From Balanoglossus misakiensis (lineage: Eukaryota; Animalia; Hemichordata): a DNA stretch of 64,000 nucleotides. The stretch is taken from positions 10,757,337 to 10,821,336 of the forward strand of contig CM082586.2 in the NCBI GenBank assembly GCA_040954595.2. Direction: 5' to 3'. The translations under genes and the position numbers were made by a program. The number at the start of each line of letters is the position of its first letter. Within the stretch, counting starts at the first letter, position 1. Below the pieces are notes generated by a model. The model saw nothing but the letters and a program-made list of their open reading frames with translations, ran no database searches and was not told the origin of the DNA. This document shows positions 1-11,900 of this stretch, one piece after another.

Positions 1-54
1 CGTTCTGACATGTATCAATTACACAATCTTGTTTACTCTGAGTCAAATACCTAT

Positions 55-1869
55 TTTTTTTTGGTGATTTTCACCGATGTTTTTTTTTTCAAAAATCGAC
101 GAACCAATGATTTTTTTCAAAATCGACGAAATTTTGAGATTATGCAAAGTCGAAAATTTTTCATTTTTTGATGATTTTCACCCATGATTTTTTTCAAAAA
201 TCTACGAAATTTTGAGATTTTGCAAACTCGAAAATGTGTCATTTTTTTATGATTTTCACCCATGATTTTTTTTTAAAAATCGACGAACCCATAATTTTTT
301 TCAAAATCGACGAAATTTTGAGATTTTGCAGTCTAAAATGTTTCATTTTTTGATGATTTTCACCCATGTTTTTTTTTCAAAAATCGACGAACCCATGTTT
401 TTTTTCAAAAGTCGACGAAATTTTGAGATTTTGCAGTCTTAAATTTGTCATTTTTTGATGGTTTTCACCCATGTTTTTTTAAAAAATCGACGAACCCGTG
501 ATTTTTTTTCAAAATCGACGAAATTTTGAGATTTTGCAAAATCAAAAATTTGTCATTTTTTGATGATTTTCACCCATGTTTTTTTTTTCAGAAATCGACG
601 AACGCATGTTTTTTTTCAAAAATCGACGAAATTTTGAGATTTTGCAGTCGAAAATTTGTCATTTTTTGATGGTTTTCACCCATGTTTTTTTAAAAAATCG
701 ACGAACCCGTGATTTTTTTCAAAATCGACGAAATTTTGAGATTTTGCAAAATCAAAAATTTGTCATTTTTTTGATGATTTTCACCCATGATTTTTTTTCA
801 AAAATCGACGAAATTTTGAGATTTGCAGTCGAAAATTTGTCATTTTTTGATGATTTTCACCCATGATTTTTTCAAAAATCGACGAACCCATATTTTTTTT
901 CAAAATCGACGAAATTTTGAGATTTTGCAAAGTCGAAAATTTGTCATTTTTTGATGATTTTCACCCATGTTTTTTTTTTTCAAAAATCGACGATATTTTG
1001 AGATTTGCAGTCGAAAATTTGTCATTTTTTGATGATTTTCACCCATGATTTTTTCAAAAATTGACGAACCCATAATTTTTTTCAAAATCGACGAAATTTT
1101 GACATTTTGCAAAGTCGAAAATTTGTCATTTTTTGATGATTTTCACCCATGTTTTTTTTCAAAAATCGACGAACCCATGGTTTTTTTTCAAAAATCGACG
1201 ATATTTTGAGATTTCGCAAAGTTGAAAATTTGACATTTGTTGATGATTTTCATGAGCTACAGCCAATGATTTTTTTTTCAAAAATCGACGAAATTTTGAG
1301 ATTTTGCAGTCGAAAATTTGTCATTTTGTTGATTTTCACCCATGTTTTTTTTAAACAATCGACGAACCCATGATTTTTTTTCAAAATCGGCGAACTTTTG
1401 AGATTTGGAAAATCGAAAATTTGTCATTTTTTGATGATTTTCACCCATGATTTTTTTACAAAAATCGACGAACCCATGATTTTTTTCAAAATCGACGAAA
1501 TTTTGAGGTTTTGCAAAGTCGAAAATTTTTCATTTTTTGATGATTTTCACCCATGTTTTTTTTTAAAAATCAACGAACCCATGATTTTTTTTCCAAATCG
1601 ACGAAATTTTGAGATTTTGCAAAGTCGAAAATTCACCCATGTTTTTTTAAAAAATCAACGAACCCATGATTTTTTTCAAAATCGATGAAATTTTGAGATT
1701 TTGCAAAGTCGAAAATTCACCCATGTTTTTTTTCAAAAATCGACGAACCCATAATTTTTTTCAAAATCGACGAAATTTTGAGATTTTGCAAAATCAAAAA
1801 TTTGTCATTTTTTGATGATTTTCACCATGATTTTTTTCAAAAATCGACCAAATTTTGAGATTTTGCAGT
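55..1869 (-). repeat. 78-bp satellite DNA, left edge block (reverse orientation relative to main array; mixed 78-bp and ~28-bp units)
   Basis: Tandem copies of TTTTCAAAAATCGACGAAATTTTGAGATTTTGCAAAGTCGAAAATTTGTCATTTTTTGATGATTTTCACCCATGA, the reverse complement of the main-array monomer; preceded by ~52 bp of non-repeat sequence at the window start. Confidence 0.95.
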
Positions 1870-2670
1870 TAGTGCGGTATGGTATGTCATGAAAAACAGC
1901 TCCCGTAGGATTGTTGTGCTAAAATTGATTTTTTTGCTGTTTTGGCTTCTATTGGGACCCAACTACCCGAAAATGATGGGGTGCAATTTTAAGGGCCCCT
2001 CCATCATATTTTTCTCGGGGGGGGGGGTACTTCCGTTTTGTGGTATGATGTGTATTCCCGTAGGATTTTTGTGCTAAAATTGATTTTTTTGCTGTTTTGG
2101 CTTCTATGGGGACCCAACTACCCGAAAATGATGGGGTGCAATTTTTAGGGCCCCTCCATCATATTTTTTCGGGGGGGGGGTCGTCACTCCTGTTTTGGCC
2201 TCCCCGAAGATATTTATTCACCTATCTACTCCATTTTCGTAGAATTTTCTGCTAAAGAATTTTTTTTTTGCTGTTTTGACACCTGGTCACAAAAGATCAC
2301 ATGCAAATTTTAGGGCCCCTCTATTACATTTGTGGGGGGGGGGGCACTTACATTCCGACAATCTTAACGGTATTTGTTCACCTATACCGTGTATTCTCGT
2401 AGGAGTTTTTGCTAATAGTTATTTGTTTTGTTTGCTGTTTTGGTTTCAATGATGAATAAACATCCCCAAAATGATGGAAATCAATTTGTTGGACCCCTCC
2501 ATCACATTTTCTTGCAGGGGGGGGGGTCACTTTAGTTTTAGCAGCCCTGGAGATATTTGTTCATAGTGTGACATGTGTATTTGTAAAGGATTTCTTCCAA
2601 TTTCTTTTTTTTTAACTTCTATGGGGACCTAACTGCTCAAAAATGAGGTCAAATTTTAGGGCCTCTCCAC
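1870..2670 (+). repeat. Left terminal inverted arm made of ~160-185 bp diverging subrepeats
   Basis: Recurrent ...CCCGTAGGATT...GCTAAAATTGATTTTTTTGCTGTTTTGGCTTCTA..GGGACCCAACTACCCGAAAATGATGGGGTGCAATTTT.AGGGCCCCTCCATCAT...G-run; about 4.5 units; inner boundary approximate. Confidence 0.8.
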
Positions 2671-3001
2671 ATATTGGGAATCTTAAATATTAGACGGTTT
2701 ATGGGTAAACATATCAGTTACCTACATTTGTATCAGTTGTCATATATACTACAGCGCTATCTTATTTTTATAAATATACTTAGTTGAATTTTGACACTAA
2801 CAAATCAACCACAAATATCTCTCTGGTTTGGACTTAGCATAATATACCTCCCCTCACCTTGGACCGCCACCCAACTCATCACCACACTCATGTTTTCTAT
2901 GGTTTACAAAAATATAGTATACTAGGCTATACCAAATAGTGAACACCTATTGCCTGGCCATGAGGGCCATAGCAGCCGTTTATTACACCCGAGGGGCCGT
3001 G

Positions 3002-3037
3002 AGTTACCAGAATCATATGCATATGATTCTGGTAACT
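3002..3037. repeat. Perfect 36-bp palindrome
   Basis: AGTTACCAGAATCATATG|CATATGATTCTGGTAACT is an exact self-reverse-complement. Confidence 0.95.
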
Positions 3038-3584
3038 TTTTCGTTAAGAGTTGTTTATTCTTTCGTAGCACAATCAATGTCTGAGATATTTACCATTGTA
3101 CTAAAATTCTCATCGATATAAGTCTGTGCATAAACTCTGAAGTACGTTTTAATCAACACTTGTTTTTTGGGGTATTAAAACGATATTCAGTTGAACTCAT
3201 TTCAAAGTTAAATACTGTCGTAAATAAAGCCATATCAGTTGAAGTATTGTCTATTTTAAAGTAGTATTTTCAAAATTTTCATGCCAATAGCAAAATAGTG
3301 CTGTAAAAAGCCCTTGAACTATGTCTTACTTCTAAAACTTGTTTTGGTAAACATTAACAATATCAAATTTGGCTCATTTTGTAGCTCAATACTACTGAAA
3401 ATAAAACAAGTCTGTGAACTACATCTCAGTTTTATTACTAAATACATATTGGCTATTTTCTTAGCACCGTAAGCAGCGTTTTACGTTCCAGTTCGATAGC
3501 TATTAGGACATTTTGCAATAAACTACAGAATTAATATGTAGATAAAAATAAGATTTGCGTGATCTGTGAAAAGGGTGCCACCCC

Positions 3585-3875
3585 TTCATCACAATGAGAG
3601 ATAAATCATACGCAACAAATTGTCCTGAACTTCCCCCAATCAAAAAGAATGGGTGGAAATCGGAGAATGGCGTGTTTTATCCAGTAAAATGTCTTGCTCT
3701 CCCTGCACCAAAGGCAGTACTAGAGCTTATCAAATGTGGCTGCAAAGCAGGTTGTAGGGGACGTTGCAGTTGCTCAAAGAATGATTTACTATGTACTCCC
3801 CTCTGCAAATGCTATGGTGGAGACTGAAAACCAGGGGGAAATGTTCTTGAAGATAACGACACTGGCGATGAGTAG
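3585..3875 (+). pseudogene. C-terminal remnant of a transposon protein with CXC (tesmin/TSO1-like, Cys8) zinc-binding domain
   Basis: ORF 3594-3827 reads ...PELPP..NGW......YP....LPAPKAVLELIKCGCKAGCRGRCSCSKNDLLCTPLCKCYGGD*; TGA at 3825-3827 sits where a further Cys is expected, and an acidic tail (EDNDTGDE*) follows in frame to 3875. An in-frame stop at 3567-3569 upstream shows the rest of the gene is missing. Confidence 0.75.
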
Positions 3876-4139
3876 ATCAAACAGAACTGGGTTTCGTGAA
3901 AATGATGATTGAGAATACCAAGATATCAGAAAAGAATCGTTATGCTTCTTGGGTTGTTTATTGCACCGTCCGTGGTAGGGAGGGTGCCTCAAGGGTCCAT
4001 TTATGAGATGGGACTGTAGCTCGGAAAATAAACTAAAATACACATTATGTACTTTATTATATATAAAGGAGTTTTAATTTACCTTAGTATACTAAATTTA
4101 GAATAAACGAAAAAATCTAAGATAAAAAAAACTACTGTT

Positions 4140-5014
4140 ACAACGGGTTGGCGAAAACAAATATAGAGAACCCCCCCCCCCCCCACCAAAAAATGTGGTA
4201 AAGGGGTCCAACATTTTGCACACCATCACTTTTCGGCAGTCAGTCTGCATTCAAGCCAAAGGAGCAAACCAAATTGCAAGAAATACCACGACAATACTAA
4301 CCGTATAGTAAATAGGTGAATAAGTATCTTCAGGGTGGCCAAAACAGAAATGATTACCCTCCCCCCCCCCCCCAAGACATGATGGAAGGTTCCAAAAATT
4401 TGAACCCCATCATTTTAGTTCTGGTGGAGCCCCATTGAAACCAAAACATCAAAGAAAAATAATATTTTTAGCAAAATATTCTATGAGAAGGGAGTAAATA
4501 GGCCAACAAACAACTTCGGAGTGGCCAAAATGGAAGTGCCCCCCCCCCCCCCAAATAAAAAATGATGGAGGGGCCCTATAATTTGCACCCGATTATTTTT
4601 GGCCAGGTTGGTCTCCTCCAAAGCAAACACAACAAAAACAAATTAATTGTAGCCCAAATTCCCATGATGATAGAGTAAATAGGTGAACAAATATCCTCGA
4701 GTGACCAAAACAGAAGAGATCCCCCCGAAAAAAATTGATGGAGGGCCCTAAAAATTGCACCCCATGATTTTTGGGTAGTTGGGTCCCCATTGAAGCCAAA
4801 CAGCAAAAAAAATCAATTTTAGCAGAAAAATCCTACGGGAATACACATCATACCACAAAACGGAAGTACCCCCCCCCCCAGAAAAATATGATGGAGGGGC
4901 CCTTAAAATTGCACCCCATCATTTTCGGGTAGTTGGGTCCCCGTAGAAGCCAAAACAGCAAAAAAATCAATTTTAGCACAAAAATCCTACGGGAATACAC
5001 ATCATACCACACTA
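4140..5014 (-). repeat. Right terminal inverted arm made of ~160-185 bp diverging subrepeats
   Basis: Reverse complement of the left arm (e.g. GGGCCCTTAAAATTGCACCCCATCATTTTCGGGTAGTTGGGTCCC); about 5 units marked by C-runs near 4171, 4361, 4540, 4721 and 4869; inner boundary approximate. Confidence 0.8.
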
Positions 5015-5947
5015 AGTCGAAAATTTGTAATTTTTTGATGATTTTCACCCATGTTTTTTTTTTCAAAAATCGACGAACCCATGATTTTTTTCGAAATCGA
5101 CGAAATTTTGAGATTTTGCAGTCGAAAATTTGTCATTTTTTGATGATTTTCACCCATGATTTTTTTCAAAAATCGACGAACCCATAATTTTTTTCAAAAT
5201 CGACGAAATTTTGAGATTTCGCAAAGTTGAAAATTTGACATTTGTTGATGATTTTCATGAGCTATAGCCCATGATTTTTTTTTCAAAATCGACGAACCCA
5301 TGTTTTTTTTTCAAAAATCGACGATATTTTGAGATTTCGCAAAGTTGAAAATTTGACATTTGTTGATGATTTTCATGAGCTATAGCCCATGATTTTTTAT
5401 TTCAAAAATCGACGAAATTTTGAGATTTGCAAAGTCGAACATTGGTCATTTTGATGATTTTCACCCATTTTTTTTTTTTCAAAAATCGACGAACGCATAA
5501 TTTTTTTTCAAAATCGACGAAATTTTGAGATTTTGCAAAGTCGAAAATTTGTCATTTTTTGATGATTTTCATCCATGTTTTTTTTCACAATTCAACGAAC
5601 CCATGATTGTTTTCAAAATCGACGAAATTTTGAGATTTTGCAAGAACCCATGATTTTTTTCAAATTCGACGAAATTTTGAGATTTTGCAAAGTCGAAAAT
5701 TTGTCATTTTTTGATGATTTTCACCCATGATTTTTTGCAAAAATCGACGAACCCATGATTTTTTTCCAAAATCGACGAAATTTTGAGATTTTGCAAAGTC
5801 GAAAATTTGTCATTTTTTGATGATTTTCATCCATGTTTTTTTTTTCAAAATTCAACGAACCCATGATTTTTTTCAAAATCGACGAAATTTTGAGATTTTG
5901 CAAGAACCCATGATTTTTTTCAAAATCGACGAAATATTGAGATTTTG
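5015..5947 (-). repeat. 78-bp satellite, continuation of the reverse-oriented block
   Basis: Monomer resumes in phase after the TSD (AGTCGAAAATTTG...) and runs to the inversion point. Confidence 0.95.
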
Positions 5948-8900
5948 CAAAATCTCAAAATTTCGTCGATTTTGAAAAAAAATCATGGGTTCGTCGATTT
6001 TTGAAAAAAAACATGGGAGAAAATCTTCAAAAAATGGGAATTTTGTCGATTTTTGAAAAAAAAAATCATGGGTGAAAATCATCAAAAAATGACAAATTTT
6101 CGACTTTGCAAAATCTCAAAATTTCGTCGATTTTTGAGAAAAATCATGGGTGAAAATCATCAAAAAATGACAAATTTTCGACTTTGCAAAATCTCAAAAT
6201 TTCGTCGAATTTTTGAAAAAAAACATGGATGAAAATCATCGAAAAATGACAAATTTTCGACTGCAAAATCTCAAAATTTTGTCGATTTTGAAAAAAGTAT
6301 GGGTTCGACGATTTTTAAAAAAAATCATGGGTGAAAATCATCAAAAAATGACAAATTTTCGACTTTGCAAGAACTTCGAGATTTTCGTCGATTTTTGAAA
6401 AAAAAAATCGTGGGGGGGGGGAAATCATAAAAAAATGACAAATTTTCGACTGCAAAATCGATTTTGGAAAAAAAAACATGGGTTCGTCGAAAAAAAAACA
6501 TGGGTGAAAATCATCAAAAAATGACAAATTTTCGACTTTGCAAAATCTCAAAAGTCCGTCGATTTAAAAAAAAAACATGGGTGAAAATCTTCAAAAATGA
6601 CAAAGTTTCGACTTTGCAAAAGCTCAAAATTTCATCGATTTCTGAAAAAAATCATAGGGGAAAATCATCAAAAAATGACAAATTTTCGACTGCAAAATCT
6701 TAAAATTTCGTCAATTTTTGAAAAAAATCATGGGTAAAAATCATCAATAAATGAAAAATTTTCGACTTTGCAAAATCTCAAAATTTCGTCGATTTTTGAA
6801 AAAAATCATGGGTGAAAATCATCAAAAAATGACAAATTTTCGACTTTGCAAAATTTTCAAAAATTCGTTGATTTTTGAAAAAAAAATGGGTTATAGCTTA
6901 TGAAAATCATCAACAAATGACAAATTTTCGACTTTGCAAAATCTCAAAATTTCGTCGATTTTGAAAAAAATCATGGGTTCGTCGATTTTTGAAAAAAAAC
7001 ATGGGTGAAAATCTTCAAAAAATGACAAATTTTCGACTTTGCAAAAACTGAAAATTTCGTCGATTTTTGAAAAAAATAATGAGTGAAAATCATCAAAAAA
7101 GACAAAGTTTCGACTTTGCAAAATCTCAAAATTTCGTCGATTTCTGAAAAAAATCATGGGTAAAATCGTCAAAAAAAGACAGATTTTCGACAGCAAAATC
7201 TTAAAATTTCGGCAATTTTTGAAAAAAAATCATGGGTAAAAATCATCAAAAAATGACAAATTTTCGACTTTGCAAAATCTCAAAATTTCGTCAATTTTTG
7301 AAAAAAAAATCGTGGGGGGGGGGGGGAAATCATCAAAAAAATGACAAATTTTCGACTTTGCAAAATTTTGAAAAATTCGTCGATTTTAAAAAAAAAACAT
7401 GGGTTCGTCCATTTTTGAAAAAAAAAACATGGGTGAAAATCATCAACAAATGACAAATGTTCAACTTTGCAAAATCTCAAAATTTCGTCGATTTTTGAAA
7501 AAAAAAAACATGGGTTCGTCCATTTTTGAAAAAAAAAACATGGGTGAAAATCATCAACAAATGACAAATGTTCAACTTTGCAAAATCTCAAAATATTGTC
7601 GATTTTTGAAAAAAAATCATGGGTTCGTTGATTTTTGAAAAAAAAACATGGGTGAAAATCATCAAAAAATTACAAATTTTCGTCTTTGCAAAATCTCAAA
7701 ATTTCGTCGATTTTTGAAAAAAAAAATCATGGGTAAAAATCATCAAAAAAATACAAATTTTCGACTTTGCAAAATCTAAAAATTTTGTCGATTTTTGAAA
7801 AAAATCATGGGTGAAAATCATCAAAAAATGACAAATTTTCGACTTTGCAAAATCTCAAAATTTCGTAGATTTTTGAAAAAAAATCATGGGTTCGTTGATT
7901 TTTGAAAAAAAAACATGGGTGAAAATCATCAAAAAATTACAAATTTTCGAATTTGCAAAATCTCAAAATTTCGTCGATTTTTGAAAAAAAAACATGGGTG
8001 AAAATCATCAAAAAATGACAAATTTTCGACTTTGCAAAATCTCAAAATTTCGTAAATTTTTGAAAAAAAGTCATGGGTGAAAATCATAAAAAAATTACAA
8101 ATTTTCGTCTTTGCAAAATCTCAAAATTTCGTCGATTTTTGAAAAAAATAATGAGTGAAAATCATCAAAAAAGACAAAGTTTCGACTTTGCAAAATCTCA
8201 AAATTTCGTCGATTTCTGAAAAAAATCATGGGTAAAATCGTCAAAAAAAGACAGATTTTCGACAGCAAAATCTTAAAATTTCGGCAATTTTTGAAAAAAA
8301 ATCATGGGTAAAAATCATCAAAAAATGACAAATTTTCGACTTTGCAAAATCTCAAAATTTCGTCAATTTTTGAAAAAAAAATCGTGGGGGGGGGGGGAAA
8401 TCATCAAAAAAATGACAAATTTTCGACTTTGCAAAATTTTCAAAAATTCGTCGATTTTTGAAAAAAAAAACATGGGTTCGTCCATTTTTGAAAAAAAAAA
8501 CATGGGTGAAAATCATCAACAAATGACAAATGTTCAACTTTGCAAAATCTCAAAATATTGTCGATTTTTGAAAAAAAATCATGGGTTCGTTGATTTTTGA
8601 AAAAAAAACATGGGTGAAAATCATCAAAAAATTACAAATTTTCGTCTTTGCAAAATCTCAAAATTACGTCGATTTTTGAAAAAAAAAATCATGGGTAAAA
8701 ATCATCAAAAAAATACAAATTTTCGACTTTGCAAAATCTAAAAATATTGTCGATTTTTGAAAAAAATCATGGGTGAAAATCATCAAAAAATGACAAATTT
8801 TCGACTTTGCAAAATCTCAAAATTTCGTAGATTTTTGAAAAAAAATCATGGGTTCGTTGATTTTTGAAAAAAAAACATGGGTGAAAATCATCAAAAAATT

Positions 8901-11900
8901 ACAAATTTTCGAATTTGCAAAATCTCAAAATTTCGTCGATTTTTGAAAAAAAAACATGGGTGAAAATCATCAAAAAATGACAAATTTTCGACTTTGCAAA
9001 ATCTCAAAATTTCGTAAATTTTTGAAAAAAAGTCATGGGTGAAAATCATAAAAAAATTACAAATTTTCGTCTTTGCAAAATCTCAAAATTTCGTCGATTT
9101 TTGAAAAAAAAAATCATGGGTAAAAATCATCAAAAAATTACAAATTTTCGACTTTGCAAAATCTAAAAATTTTGTCGATTTTTGAAAAAAATCATGGGTG
9201 AAAATCATCAAAAAATGACAAATTTTCGACTTTGCAAAATCTCAAAATTTCGTCGATTTTTGAAAAAAATCATGGGTTCGTTCAATTTTGAAAAAAAACA
9301 TGGATGAAAATCATCGAAAAATGACAAATTTTCGACTGCAAAATCTCAAAATTTTGTCGATTTTGAAAAAAGTATGGGTTCGTCGATTTTAAAAAAAAAT
9401 CATGGGTGAAAATCATCAAAAAATGACAAATTTTCGACTTTGCAAGAACTTCGAGATTTTCGTCGATTTTTGAAAAAAAAAATCGTGGGGGGGGGAAATC
9501 ATAAAAAAATGACAAATTTTCGACTTTGCAAAATCTCAAAATATCGTCGATTTTGGAAAAAAAAACATGGGTTCGTCGAAAAAAAAACATGGGTGAAAAT
9601 CATCAAAAAATGACAAATTTTCGACTTTGCAAAATCTCAAAAGTCCGTCGATTTAAAAAAAAAACATGGGTGAAAATCTTCAAAAAATGACAAATTTTCG
9701 ACTTTGCAAGAACTTCGAGATTTTCGTCGATTTTTGAAAAAAAAAATCGTGGGGGGGGGGGGGAAATCATAAAAAAATGACAAATTTTCGACTTTGCAAA
9801 ATCTCAAAATATCGTCGATTTTGGAAAAAAAAACATGGGTTCGTCGAAAAAAAAACATGGGTGAAAATCATCAAAAAATGACAAATTTTCGACTTTGCAA
9901 AATCTCAAAAGTCCGTCGATTTAAAAAAAAAACATGGGTGAAAATCTTCAAAAAATGACAAATTTTCGACTTTGCAAAAACTCAAAATTTCGTCGATTTT
10001 TGAAAAAAATCATGGGTTCGTTGATTTTTGAAAAAAAACATGGGTGAAAATCTTCAAAAAATGATTCTTGAAAAAAAATGGGTGAAAATCATCAAAAATG
10101 ACAAAGTTTCGACTTTGCAAAATCTCAAAATTTCATCGATTTCTGAAAAAAATCATAGGGGAAAATCATCAAAAAATGACAAATTTTCGACTGCAAAATC
10201 TTAAAATTTCGTCAATTTTTGAAAAAAATCATGGGTAAAAATCATCAATAAATGAAAAATTTTCGACTTTGCAAAATCTCAAAATTTCGTCGATTTTTGA
10301 AAAAAATCATGGGTGAAAATCATCAAAAAATGACAAATTTTCGACTTTGCAAAATTTTCAAAAATTCGTTGATTTTTGAAAAAAAAATGGGTTATAGCTT
10401 ATGAAAATCATCAACAAATGACAAATTTTCGACTTTGCAAAATCTCAAAATTTCGTCGATTTTGAAAAAAATCATGGGTTCGTCGATTTTTGAAAAAAAA
10501 CATGGGTGAAAATCTTCAAAAAATGACAAATTTTCGACTTTGCAAAAACTGAAAATTTCGTCGATTTTTGAAAAAAATAATGAGTGAAAATCATCAAAAA
10601 AGACAAAGTTTCGACTTTGCAAATTCTCAAAATTTCGTCGATTTCTGAAAAAAATCATGGGTAAAATCGTCAAAAAAAGACAGATTTTCGACAGCAAAAT
10701 CTTAAAATTTCGTCAATTTTTGAAAAAAAATCATGGGTAAAAATCATCAAAAAATGACAAATTTTCGACTTTGCAAAATCTCAAAATTTCGTCAATTTTT
10801 GAAAAAAAAATCGTGGGGGGGGGGGGAAATCATCAAAAAAATGACAAATTTTCGACTTTGCAAAATTTTGAAAAATTCGTCGATTTTAAAAAAAAAACAT
10901 GGGTTCGTCCATTTTTGAAAAAAAAAACATGGGTGAAAATCATCAACAAATGACAAATGTTCAACTTTGCAAAATCTCAAAATTTCGTCGATTTTTGAAA
11001 AAAAAAAATCGTGGGGGGGGGGGGAAATCATCAAAAAAATTACAAATTTTCGACTTAACAAAATTTTCAAAAATTCGTCGATTTTTGAAAAAAAAAAACA
11101 TGGGTTCGTCCATTTTTGAAAAATAAAAAAAAGGGTGAAAATCATCAACAAATGACAAATGTTCAACTTTGCAAAATCTCAAAATATTGTCGATTTTTGA
11201 AAAAAAATCATGGGTTCGTTGATTTTTGAAAAAAAAACATGGGTGAAAATCATCAAAACATTACAAATTTTCGTCTTTGCAAAATCTCAAAATTTCGTCG
11301 ATTTTTGAAAAAAAAAATCATGGGTAAAAATCATCAAAAAAATACAAATTTTCGACTTTGCAAAATCTAAAAATTTTGTCGATTTTTGAAAAAAATCATG
11401 GGTGAAAATCATCAAAAAATGACAAATTTTCGACTTTGCAAAATCTCAAAATTTCGTAGATTTTTGAAAAAAAATCATGGGTTCGTTGATTTTTGAAAAA
11501 AAAACATGGGTGAAAATCATCAAAAAATTACAAATTTTCGACTTTGCAAAATCTCAAAATTTCGTAAATTTTTGAAAAAAAGTCATGGGTGAAAATCATA
11601 AAAAAATTACAAATTTTCGACTTTGCAAAATCTAAAAATTTTGTCGATTTTTGAAAAAAATCATGGGTGAAAATCATCAAAAAATGACAAATTTTCGACT
11701 TTGCAAAATCTCAAAATTTCGTCGATTTTTGAAAAAAATCATGGGTTCGTTCAATTTTGAAAAAAAAACATGGGTGAAAATCATCAAAAAATTACAAATT
11801 TTCGACTTTGCAAAATCTCAAAATTTCGTCGATTTTTGAGAAAAATCATGGGTGAAAATCATCAAAAAATGACAAATTTTCGACTTTGCAAAATCTCAAA

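Larger units (their letters stand above)
1870..5014 (+). mobile_element. Non-autonomous TIR DNA transposon, internally deleted, AcademX-like
   Basis: Satellite is split as ...TTTTGC-AGT|TAGTGCGGTATG ... CATACCACACTA|AGT-CGAAAATTTG: 3-bp TSD AGT (1867-1869 and 5015-5017), 5'-TAG...CTA-3' termini, ~0.8-kb inverted arms, internal Cys-rich coding remnant. TAG/CTA ends, 3-4 bp TSD, long TIRs and a C-terminal Cys-rich finger fit AcademX; the element itself is certain, the superfamily is inferred. Confidence 0.8.

Noticed and set aside
4755-4775. Similarity of the TIR subrepeat (CCCATGATTTTT) to the satellite monomer, hinting at common origin
   Set aside because: Only ~12 low-complexity bases in one subrepeat; the rest does not align.
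1870-5014. CACTA/EnSpm assignment (CACTA at one end, 3-bp TSD)
   Set aside because: Polarity is reversed: the element reads TAGTG...CACTA, whereas EnSpm elements read CACTA...TAGTG.
1889-5187. Short ORFs in the transposon arms (1889-2077, 4576-4806, 4593-4799, 4848-5066, 4933-5187)
   Set aside because: Translations of the non-coding TIR subrepeats, mirrored on both strands because the arms are inverted.
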